A stretch of DNA of 64,000 nucleotides from Lama guanicoe (taxonomy: Eukaryota). The position numbers and the translations under genes were made by a program. The notes below the pieces were generated by a model. It was not told the DNA's origin. It saw nothing but the letters and a program-made list of their open reading frames with translations, and searched no databases. Position 1 is the first letter of the stretch; each line of letters begins with the position of its first letter. This document shows, one piece after another, positions 37,916 through 49,400 of this stretch. Location of the stretch: NCBI GenBank assembly GCA_013239625.1, contig MU054122.1, forward strand, positions 212,773 to 276,772, given 5' to 3'.

Positions 37916-40900
37916 ATGGGCGGCGGGCGGCGGGCGGCGGCCGCCGACTATTCACCGCCCATCAGGCCGCCGCCAGTCACCGTTCCGCGGCGCGGTGCAC
38001 GGCTTCTCCGGTGGCGCGTCGGGTTCGGAGGGTCGGCCTCCAGGCAGAGCTCTCCCGATGGAACTCTGAACCTCAGCCTCCGCGTCCTCTCATCTGAAAA
38101 GGTTTCCTGAAAGACAGAGGAATGGAGGAATCGCTAAGCCAGACGCAGCGGCTGCGTGAGCAGCAGGTGGCCAGCTCTGAGGGCGGGTATGTGCGGCAAG
38201 TCACCCGTATGAATCGCCTGCACCGGTTCTTACGTTTCGGGTCTGAAAGTGGGATTTACTATATCAAAGAACAGAAGCTGGGCCTTGAGAATGCTGAAGC
38301 TTTAATTAGGTTGACTGAAGATGGCAGGGGATGTGAAGTGGTCCAGGAAGTAAAGTCGTTCAGTCAAGAAGACAGAACCGCAAAGCAGGTGCCTCTGCTC
38401 TTCGCCCTCGCCGTTTGTTCCCAGTGCCCTGACAGGAGCACCAAGCAAGCCGCTTTCAGAGCTGTTTCTGAAATGTGTCGCATTCCTACACACCTCTTCA
38501 CTTTTATCCAGTTCAAGAAAGAGCGTAAGGAAAGCTTGAAATGTGGCATGTGGGGCCGTGCGCTCTGGAAGGCTATAGCAGACTGGTACAATGAGAAAGG
38601 TGGCATGGCCCTGGCCCTGGCAGTGACTAAGTGTAAACAAAGAAATGGCTGGTCTCACAAAGATCTGTTAAGATTGTTGCATCTTAAACCTTCCAGTGAA
38701 GGACTTGCTGTTGTCACCAAATATATTACAAAGGGCTAGAAAGAGGTCCATGAATTGTATGAAGAAAAAAGGCACTTTCACCAGCACAATCTTAAGAGGT
38801 CCACGCCATCAGTGATCACGATAAAAATCCGAAGCTACTTCCCAGCTAATCTTAATCCAATGACAAAAGATAGTAAACAGTATAGTATGTGTATCATACT
38901 CAAAAAAAAAAAAAAAAGGAAAAGTTAAGATGAGCCCAAAGTTCTGTCTTCTAAACTAGCTCTTGGGAAGTAGCTTCAGAATACTGTAGCCCCCTCTGTC
39001 CAACAGAGAACTTCTTGTTGATAGACACTGTGAAATAGTCAAGACCGTTTTGCTTTGGTGAATAATCATGTTTGTACTTAAAAGAAGTGAGAGCCCAAAA
39101 CGTAGGTAATTCCATATCATGTCACTTGTGTGAGAAATGCTTAAAGGTTTCTTGAGTGTTTTCATCGGGAAAGGACAGCTTTGGTAATGTCCAAATACTC
39201 TGAAATGCACTGGACCATGTGAATGTGATAGAATATGAAAATCCATCTGTAAACTTTTATACCAAGGGGGTGGAAAAACCGCAACACTTAATTAAATTAT
39301 GAATGATTTTTACAAATTCCTTGAACAGTTTTCTACAGCCACATAAATAGCAGGTTTCCTAGCCAGTGAAAAATGTATTTTGTTCTATTTATACTTGTAG
39401 AATTGTTACCATTAACCACAAACTAATGGAAACCCCTGAAAAGAGATTCTAAAGTATGTCAGCTGAGGCAGTCTGTTTGGTATGCTTTTGTTTATTGCTA
39501 AGGGTCATGACTTGACAGTTTCCTCTGACTTATAACAATATAGCCACATGTAGGCACATTTTCTTTTTTTCATACTCTTAAATGAAAACATAAAATGTTT
39601 CAAGCAATTTAACTTCCCCACTCATACTCTGAAAATATAACAAAAAATCAACTGTAACCAGACTAGTTTTTTCCTTTAAAATCATTTTTTTAATTACTTT
39701 TAACTATTTTTTTTTAGCAAACTGTAAATAGGTTTTAAATACTTCTAATTGTAAACACGTCAGTGGCCTCCTGTCTCTTTGTCCATTGTGCATTTGTGGC
39801 AAAACCTTTTTTGATAGTATAAAAAAATAATAAAGCAGGCTAAGTTTTTCAGGTATGAAAGGCAGTTTTTGAGTGGCATATCAACACTAACCAGTCTGTA
39901 AGAAATTAATTTTTCTATTTTATTTGTGTATATTAAACTTCCTGTTTATTATAAAGTGCATTATTTTCATGAGCAAATATCCTTTCTTTGTGAGGAGGTT
40001 AACCTGTTGAAATGCCAATATATTTGCTCATAATTATATGGTTGTCTAAGATAACATGCACATAAAACTTCAGGTTCTATGTATTGTTCTTTAAATGTAA
40101 TTAAAGATTTACTGGGGATTTATAAAGGCCTTCTCACTATTGTATGAAAAGCCAAACTAGTAAATGTAAATTATAGACTTTGGTGTGCTTGGGGGTTAGA
40201 GGTTTTATGTTTATGGGGAGTGGGGCTTAAGTAATGTTAGAATTTGTATACTTTTTTCGTGTGTTTCATGAGAAATTTGGGCTCTAGGAGTGACAAGAAA
40301 ATGTTCATTTTAAACTTGTTTGTCGTATTAATGCCTTCACGGCAACTGGTAGGAATATGTAAAATATTGTGATCTACCTGAGGTTTTTTGGTCAGCAAAG
40401 CTAGTAGCCCCACCACCCCAAAAAAATACATTGCTTCTGTCATTCTGCTTTTTGCCCTCTGTCAGGCATTGGATTTGACATGTTAGCTACTTTTAATACA
40501 TTAAAATACCACGTTCAGATTGAATTTAAATTTTAAAGAACCTAATAGAATCATGTAATAGTACTTGAATTCTTTAAACCCTAGATCTTCTTAAATTAAA
40601 AATTATAACATGATTAACTTTTTATTCCTAATAGAAATGTTAAGTGGAACATAGCATGAATGTTTCTTTCTTTCAGTTTTATACTATTTCTATAGTAGTT
40701 TTAGACAGATACTGTTTAGGAACTAATAGTAGATCAACCAAAGCAGAAAGATTAGATGTGACCTTTTTGAAGTCACATAGATAAGTCTATTAAATGGGTG
40801 AGGGTAAGATTTAAGAAAGAGGAAGAAAAAAGAACTAAAAGCCACTGCACGAGGTAGCTTTATTTTCAAATCATGGCGCTCTAGAGTTGGGAGAAACCTG

Positions 40901-41220
40901 AGAGATTGCAAAGGTCATTTTTTCCTTTAGGCTAGGGACCCGAGGTTCTTGAGGGGCTTCAGAGCCCTGGCCCTAGGAATCTGCATCTCTTCCTCCCCAG
41001 GGCATGGGGAGATGCTGACTCACAGAGCAGGGGGTGAAGTCCAGTTCTTCTTCTGTCTTTTTAGGTATTAGGAAATAATGTAAATACATGACTGGTTTAG
41101 GAGTAGACAAGCAGAGAAATTGTGAGCATGTATACTTTTGTAACTCACTGTAACCCTCAAGCACAATTAACATCTCCATAACCCGCGTTGCTATATAACA
41201 TAGTCCTGTAGAAAGAATAA
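37916..41220 (+). pseudogene. RO60: Processed RO60/TROVE2 pseudogene with internal deletion (3' boundary uncertain)
   Basis: GC-rich 5'UTR joined to an ORF at 38122-38739 that matches Ro60 aa 1-205 ([12 protein letters not shown]...[12 protein letters not shown]); TAG replaces Trp206; jumps to 3'UTR-like sequence at ~38781; host L1 appears to resume at ~41225. Confidence 0.9.
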
Positions 41221-42254
41221 AAAAAACTTACCTCATTATGAATAACATGTACTCAAGTGATCAAGTTTTATTTTCTGTATTACTTTTAGTGTTACTGCTG
41301 ATTAGGGAAACGTTGCTTTTTAAAAAAATCCTAAGAAAAATAAAGTTAATTTCCTTGGGAAAAAAAAGTACATATATAAGATAAATTGTATTACAAAGAA
41401 CAGTCAACCTGAAAGGTGTAGCGCTAAAGCCATTTTCATTAAAACCAGAAACAAGGCAAGGACACTTGCTATTTAGATGAAGATGTAATGCTGCTTTGGA
41501 AAATCTAGTAAATAGAATAGTACCAGGGGAAAACAAATTGGGACTGTGTTTGAAAAGAAGAAAGAAAAGTTTTTGTCGTAGATAAAATTGTATGCCTAGA
41601 AAACCCAAAAGCCCTGGTTAAAATAAATTTTGATTAATAAAGGAATCAGGTTAAGGTATATAGAGACAAGAAAAATATACAAAAGTCTTTATAGTAATAA
41701 TCATCTCTGTGTTATAATAACCAGCTAGAAATTGAAACAGGGAAAATTGAATTCTCATTTGTATCAAAAGTAAAAAAAAAATATGTAGAATAAATTTATT
41801 CTAGCAAAGGACTTATAATGTAATAAAACCCATAAAGTTTTATTGAAGGACAGAAAGCTAATCAGAACAAAGATACACTATGAGAAGACATAGAGATGTA
41901 ACTCCTTAAACCATTTATACATGCAATTCTCATACGAATATAATTTTTGTATATTTAATTTACATAATCTAGAGTTCATATGAAAGAACAAGAGTTTGAA
42001 ACTAGTCCAAAGATTATAAAAAGAAACAGTGAGAGGAAACGTGACTGACACATATTTAACAGTCATTGTAATCCAAACAGTATGCTATTTGCATTTGATT
42101 AGACAAATATATTCATGAAACAGATTTCTTAGATATAGATCTCATTAGGTAGATATATGAGAGTTTAATATAAAAACATTCAGTTCAGTGGAGGGAGAAG
42201 ATGATTTATTTTATAACTGGAGCTGACATAACTGGCTATCCATAATTTCATTTT

Positions 42255-42498
42255 ATTTTATTTATGATTCACATACTGTAATGCTTTGTTTTATTACTGA
42301 AGTATAGTCAGTTTACAACATGGTGTCAATTTCTGGTTTTACAACATAATGTTTCAGTCATACATACACATACATACATTTGTTTTCATATTTTTTCATT
42401 ATGGGTTACTACAATATATTGAATATAGTTCCCTGTGCTATACAGAAGAGACTTGTTCATCTATCTTATATATAGTTGTTAATATTTGCAAATCTCAT
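42255..42498 (-). mobile_element. L1 3' end fragment
   Basis: Same motifs as 2335-2581. Confidence 0.75.
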
Positions 42499-42824
42499 GT
42501 CAGTTCTGAGTCTGTTTGGTCTCAGATTCATTTCCTGTCCTTCTGTTACTCCTTGAGCCCTTCGAGGCTGCCTTTTCCATTCTCCTTTGACAAGTAGTCT
42601 GGCTGGGTTCTAGCCAGGGGGAGGCTGTGGGTGATACCTGGGCCTCAGGGGGGAAGGGAGAGACAAGGTATTTCTCTGCATCGGGGGGCATCTCCAGCAG
42701 CAGCTGCATCTTGTCATCTTCATAATAGCTTCAGCTCCTGTGCGACAGGTCTCCTGGGGACTCAAGCTTCAGTCGAGGAAATGCACCAACAGACAATTCC
42801 TAGAGGATAATACAAATGACTTTT

Positions 42825-43229
42825 CTTTTAGGCTAGGTTCCCCAAGACACAGACTCTGACACCAGGGTTCAAGGGGCATATCTGGGAGTGGGGAAGTAAG
42901 ACAGGGAAGTTAAGGGGCCAGTAAAAAGTACACCATTAAGTAAATCACCACCTTTAGGAACTGGAGCTTAATGTTGCTGGGGAACTCTGGGAAACAGCCC
43001 AGACACATACTGCAGAGTATCCCACTCGAGGGCAGAGAGCGCTCATCCCTCACTGATGGAGGACTTCTCCCAGCGACCGTTACGTCCCCAGCATTTTGGC
43101 CTGTCACGTGGCTCCTCACAGCCAGAGTGGATCCTCACAGCCAAAGAAAGTTCCCCGATAAAGAAAGGCAGGTGTTAGCATCTGGAAGTCCAGATGGCAT
43201 TTATTAGAACACCAATATTATCTGCTACA
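42825..43229 (-). mobile_element. ERVL-class LTR (LTR33/LTR16-like)
   Basis: 'ggttccccaagacacagactctgac...aatattatctgctaca'. Confidence 0.6.
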
Positions 43230-45052
43230 ACTATTAAACACAAAAGCATGTTCAGTTGCCCTGGGAGATTGGAAAATGCAAATTAAAATAACAGATATCA
43301 GAGAACCCTGTAATATTTGCAATTATAAAAAGGAATGAAAGACACCACAGGAGAAAAGGCTCTCTTACACTTGGTGGTAGAAATAAGAATTGTTACAACA
43401 TTTTGAAAAGCAATCTAATAACACCCATTAAAATTGAAAGCATACATATAGATTTTTTTTTTCAGCAATCTCAATCCTGGAAGCTTTAGAAATCCCAGTC
43501 ATCTTAAAATCCATCTCATAGAAGTAAGTGCAAAAGTCTATAGAAATATATATTCAGGATGACTTTAAAGCAACGTTGTAGAGGATTTTTTTTGAAAGCA
43601 AATTTCCATTAATAAGAAAACAATTGAAGAAATATTGATGCCTTCATACCATATACAGTTGTGCAGCCATTTAACAATGATTAACTCAGAAGGACTTTCT
43701 CAAGGTATTAAGTGTGAAAACTAAAACATAGAGGTGTGTATGTAATTCTCCATTTTAGTAAGAAAAATTTTTCTAAACACTTCATGTGTATGTTTACACA
43801 AAAGCCTGAAGAAGGTACAAAAGTTACACAGCAGCTTGTTACCATGGTCACCCAGCTGGTGGGGGGAGAAATGGGGCAATGGCACCATTTAGGAGGGAAA
43901 ATGAGGGAGGGAGGGGAGGAAAGAGGTGTGGTGCTCATGATGAAATAGTATTATGGTATTTATGTATCATTTTCTGTATGTGTGGCTATCAAGAGATATA
44001 TGAAGGAAATTCAACATTAAATAGTGTAGGTTGATGGGATATCAAGAGATAATTTTAACTTTTTCTTTCATTTTTTAGTATTAATTAATATATTATGTTT
44101 TGATTAGAATAAAACAAAACTTTTGTGAAGTAAAAATATCTATCTATCTGTGGGCATGCAGTAAATTTTACTTTCTTTTCTAAGCTGGAATTTCTCAAAA
44201 AAAAAAAAGATGAATTCTGTGAACTAGTTATTTAGTAGCTGAATTAAGAACTCTGGGATCAAGTAAGTTTAGGAAACACTGAAATCAATTGGAGTTGTAT
44301 GACTTTATTCTGGAACTTTCAGAACCAGAACAGAACGTGGTACAAAAAGTTTCTTGATCTCATTTGACCACAGAACTCTTCACCCCTGTCTTTCTGTGGG
44401 TGAGGAGCACTTTGAAACTCTAAAGTTCCCTGAAACTTCTTTGGGAAATGAAAAACCACTGAAGATTTTTGAGCAAGTGATATATGTTTTAGGAAAATTA
44501 ATGAAGAGTGGTGTTCTAGACACAAATGCTCTCTTTTCTCAAAGGCTTATATCTGGGTATTTCACAGGCTGAGATCATTAGTGGAACATTTTTTCTCTTC
44601 ACTTTGATACTTGGCTGTCCCTAGTGATTTGTGGAACTTTGCAACTTTGTGGTTTCCTTATCTATGGAGTAAGAAGAGGAGAAATTAAGTTAATATAAAC
44701 TATCTGCTAGCATCCACGGTGGGAAAAAGACCTCATGGAATTTCACTGAGGAATTTTGCTATTATTGGTGTGGAAGTGAATGAAGAATCACTCTAGGAGT
44801 CAATGAATCGTGTTAAGATGCATTGCTATGAACCCTTTCAGGCTTAGTTTTCAATAGTTCAAAGACTATTTCTACTTATACCTACTTCATAGAAAGGTCG
44901 ACCTTGAAAGGGTTCTTATCTCTGTAGTCTTTCCTAATCCCTACACATGAAGGAACAAACCTCTTTTCTGAATCTCAAAGTAATTCAGCTTTAAATGTCA
45001 GTTCAGGCTTCCAGAAAAGAGATGTCAAGATAGAATTGGAAATGCAAGAGCT

Positions 45053-45144
45053 ATTCATGTTTGATTGAGGCATTGTGCTGTGCACCAGAAACTGACACAA
45101 CATTGTAAACTGACTGTACTTCAATTAAAAAAAAAAAAGAAGAA
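45053..45144 (+). mobile_element. Extremely 5'-truncated L1 (~92 bp)
   Basis: L1 terminal motif 'caccagaaactgacacaacattgtaaactgactgtacttcaatt' plus poly(A); exact 14-bp TSD gaaatgcaagagct at 45039-45052 and 45145-45158. Confidence 0.88.
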
Positions 45145-45970
45145 GAAATGCAAGAGCTTTACTAGGAGACTCTCCTCTGAAAGGCAAAGTGGTGAGGACA
45201 GGAGGCTTCAGACCGAGATTCGAGTCTGGTACCTAGTGTGTGATAGGAGGGGATGGAGGGAGGAGGAAGGAGGACGGGATAGAAGCCCAGCAGTGGGTCC
45301 TGTTAACTACCCTCTCTGCAACAGATGCCTTGCAGAAGGAAGATCTGGGCAGCGCACTATGTCTGTCACACTTTATAGCTCATGAGACTTATCTTCCTTT
45401 CCATCATTATTAGAATCATTTATTACATATCTTACTTCCCCAACTAGCTTGTTAGGGACTTGGGCATAAGCTCCATATCTGATTTACTCTTGGAAATGTG
45501 CAAAGCTGTGATATGCCTGGAGGGACCTAGAGACTATAACAAGAAACAAACGGCCAGTAATTTCTTTCTGCAGGAATAATCACTTCTCTGATACGTAACG
45601 CCTTATGGTGGGAAGTCAGGTTTTCCTCGGTGACTATGATTTCTCCGTTGCCTTCAGAACCTTTTGAGGACACAGTTTACCGTCCTGACTGCATGCTCTT
45701 ATTTACTAGGGAGTTCACCTGCCCCCTAAATCCTTTTCCTTCTTTGACAGTGGTGTGAGGTTAAGCTAGAGTTTATGCCACATTCCCCAATCCACTTGGC
45801 CCCAAATTCCATGTGACACTACGCATGTACGACATTAGTTTTAGACATTTATCAACATTTTACTATGAACTTGTTAAGCATTCAAGTTAGATATATAGTT
45901 GACACAGACTACAGAAGGCACTCGATAAATATTTCTAGTTTGAATAAACCACATTCAACTTTTCCTTGTA

Positions 45971-46429
45971 CAGGCAGACCTCGGAGATATTGTGGGTTTG
46001 GTTCCAGACCACTTGATAAAGCAAATTATCACAAGAAAGTGAGTAACAGGAGCTTTTTGGTTTCCCAGTGCATATAAAAGTTTTGTTTACACTCTAGTGT
46101 AGCACTGCACCAAAAACAAACAAAACAATGTACATACTTTAAAACTACTGTATTGCTAAAAATTGCTAACCATCATCTGAGACTTCAGGGAGTCATAATC
46201 TTTCTGCAACAAGAACATCAACCATCACTGATCCCAGATCACCACTGCAAAGGATCATAATGAAAAAGAGAATTACCCAAATGTGACACAGAGACTCAAA
46301 GTGAGCACATGCTGTTGGAAAAATGGCGCAGACAGACTTGCTCAATGCAGGATTGCCATAAACCTTCACTTTGTAGAAAATGCATTATCCGTGAAGCTAA
46401 TACAAGCACAATTAAACAAGGCATGCTTG
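45971..46429 (-). mobile_element. Tigger1-like internally deleted DNA transposon
   Basis: TA then caggcagacctcggagatattg at the left end; ...aaacaaggcatgcttg at the right end (degenerate TIRs). Confidence 0.85.
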
Positions 46430-49400
46430 TGCTCACATGGTAGTTGCACCATCTGGTCTGCAAGAGCAGATTGGTGCCAACACACTGGGGCAAGTCAAAT
46501 GATTTGTCCTCTCTATGATCCTTTAAGAAATACTAGGTCAGCATTGTTGGGGTGTATAGTTAATTTTTCCTTTTTAAGTCAAAATGTAAAAGTTCTTCTT
46601 TTAACTCCTAAGAGCTGTCACCCTGAAGGCTTCATGGAAAGAACTGAAGGGTAAGAAGCCATAATTCTTTTTTACAGTCTGGTGTCAATATTACTTATTC
46701 TGGTCCAATGGCTCCTCTTCTCACTTACTATTACTGATTTGCCAGTAACATTCAGCATCAGTTAAAAACACGCAAGTTGGCTTACCTACATTCAAATATA
46801 CGTATATGTATGGAAAGGAAGGTTTCCTTTGAATTTCAGAATGACAGCAGCACCGCAGGATTAACATCTAGCCTGAGAAAGGAAGGAAGAAGCTAACATT
46901 CCATTGAGTGTGATTTTATTTGAAAAGAAACACTTCTTTCATTTCCCAACCCCGTCACTGGCATCACATGCAATTATGAATCCGTAAATATGTTTTAGTT
47001 CCCACTAAATCATTTACAACACAGAAGACCCATTTCATAAAAGGGATCTAGGCTAGAATGTTCTTAATTGTCTACAATAAAGATCTATGAGCTGAAATTT
47101 ATGAATCCTGGGGGCTTGATAAGCAAAAGCCTGAGCAAGTAGAAAGGAAATAGCTCCTCTCTTGCACATATATCGGAGGATATAAAACTGTTCCCACCTC
47201 ACAGAGGTGAGAATTCCATTTTCCTGTGAACCAAACAGGAATTCTGAGCCCAAAGCAAACCAAAACATCTTTAGAAACCTTCGGAAATCAGAAACTGGAG
47301 ATTTCTGGACCCCAGATCACTAGTTAGCAGTCTAGAGAGCTTGGTTTAATTCTTAATGAGTCCTAATATGAGGATCTAAGAAATAGTGGTGCCAACTGTT
47401 TGACTACCCAGGGTTTATAGCTTGTTAGTGGCATTCTGTGTACAAGGAAGAAGCCTCTTCTGTTATTCGAGCAGACCCATTTCCACATGGCTGTCAGCCT
47501 TCTGCATTTGACCAGGCATTCCACAGAGTGCCAACTCTCACCCCTATTAAACTGCAGAAAATAGAAGCTTACATCAAATTGCCATTTCAACCCCTACAAT
47601 CCCGCTAATCCTTCATCTCGGGAGAGTAGCGAATCTGACTGAACCACAGTGCAAGTTCTTAGGAGACAGTGGTGATTATGAAACTTCTGTCCCTTGATGG
47701 CCATTCTCAGCTAAGAAATAATAATCCTTTAAGAAAAAAAGAAGACTGTGCTCCCTTCCTTCATGCCTCAAATATTTGTTTTGCACTTAGTGAACGAAGT
47801 CAAAAAACATATTGAGGAAAATCTCTTGATGGCAAGATTGAGCTGAAGACCCACATGAGCTGAAACATTATCATTTCACCTCTCATTCTTGAGTCTGATT
47901 GAAATGAGCTCTGGAGATGGCGACGCAGTCCCTAGAGGGCCCTACCGGATGGTAAATTCAGATCAAAAGTCATTGTATGTATGAACTGGTGCTGATTTTA
48001 TGGGACAGCCTGTTTCCATTTAGACAGGTTCAAGCACCAAGGAACAGAATCACTTCCCTCCTCCTTGTTAGATTAAAACTGGAACCATTTTTAAACACAT
48101 TCACTTGGTGCTCCCCTATTACCCTGGTTTTCCTGGAATCATAAGATCTTTGTTTACTGATGATAGCAAACATTTCACCCTCTGTTCACCTTGCCTTCCT
48201 CTTGTAAAACAGAAGTATCATAACTAGGAAACCAGATGGTTTAAAGTGTAGTCCTTCATTTTGTTTATAAAGAATTACAAAGCTCCAACAATAACCAACA
48301 ACCAGCCTCCAGAATTAAAGCGTCTTCACATGGGGAACCATATAATCTACTCAAGGGGTCTCATATTTCTGCCTATTGATGAATTAAACATTTTTTGCAT
48401 TTAATTTCTGGGAAATAAACTGGATTTCATGGGAAAATAAATTAACAGAAAGACTTGTAAGTTTTACTTATTTTTTTTTAGCACATACTTGTGTCAGATA
48501 AATCCTGAAGGAGAACACCAGTTCACTGAAAAATTATTAAGATCTCTAACAATAATTGCTATGACCACAATGGGCTATCTGTTCATTTAAGATTTACCAC
48601 ACCTGAACAAAGACAGTGAAAGCAGAAGGCAGTGGTTCAAAGAACTGCTGATTCATACTCTACACAGTAGGCTGAGTAGCAAAATGTAACAATGTGAGTT
48701 TTGGATTCACAGGGACCTGAGTTGAAATTCCACTGGTTTCTCCTCTTATTTGCAGTTTTGGCTAAATTATTTACCTTCTCAGATTCTCTGTTTCCTTATT
48801 TTCAGAATGGTGGTTGTAGTGCACATTTTTACAGTGTCTGCTTGGCCTGTGACACACTCTTTTTCAGAGAACAGCCCCCTCGTCCCCTTCTATGCCCCTC
48901 CTCAAACTGGGGCATCAGAGGCCATTTTTGGGGCTAATGCCTGGAGTGGATACTTGACCCAGGACCATCGATTTCCTCTCTGTGTATTATTTAGATGGAG
49001 TAGCAGTCAACAGGCCTCTGCTGGCAGCTGGAACCAGAGGTTGGTAGGGTAGCCCACGCAAGGAGAAGCAGGAAAAGACAGCAAAGGCAAAAGACACTAG
49101 GAGCCAGAGAGGGAAATAAAAGTCCATGTGGTTCAGAACCAGGGATTAAGGACTAAAGAAGTGGCTGTCTTGTTATGTGACAGCTTTCGAGTTCTTAGCT
49201 TAACTCACACGTGAGGCCAAATTGCTCTTGAGTGAGATTGTAAATTGCAGTAAATTTCCCTTTTTTGTTTTAGATTTAAAATGAATTTCCTGCCAATAAA
49301 AATGAAAATAACCATGCCCACTATAGAAATAGTGGCTATGTATAAGGGTAATGGTGAACATTAAACTATGTAAGTAAAATGCCAGCTCAGTTGCATTCAA

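Larger units (their letters stand above)
35430..42240 (+). mobile_element. Ancient L1 ORF2 remnant hosting the CRYZ and RO60 retrocopies
   Basis: 'cttccagattcattttatgaagttattataacc' (LPxSFYE) continues after the CRYZ insert to 'tgtgaacaagtaggatttattt' (QVGFI) and after RO60 to 'aaaccagaaacaaggcaagga' (TRQG). Confidence 0.7.

Noticed and set aside
38781..38920. Twin-priming inversion inside the RO60 copy
   Set aside because: The segment resembles the RO60 3'UTR in sense orientation as I recall it; the inverted repeat and A-tract look native to the UTR.
37902..41217. agaaagaa (37902-37909 and 41210-41217) as the RO60 TSD
   Set aside because: Short and low-complexity, and the A-run follows rather than precedes the right copy, so it is not accepted.
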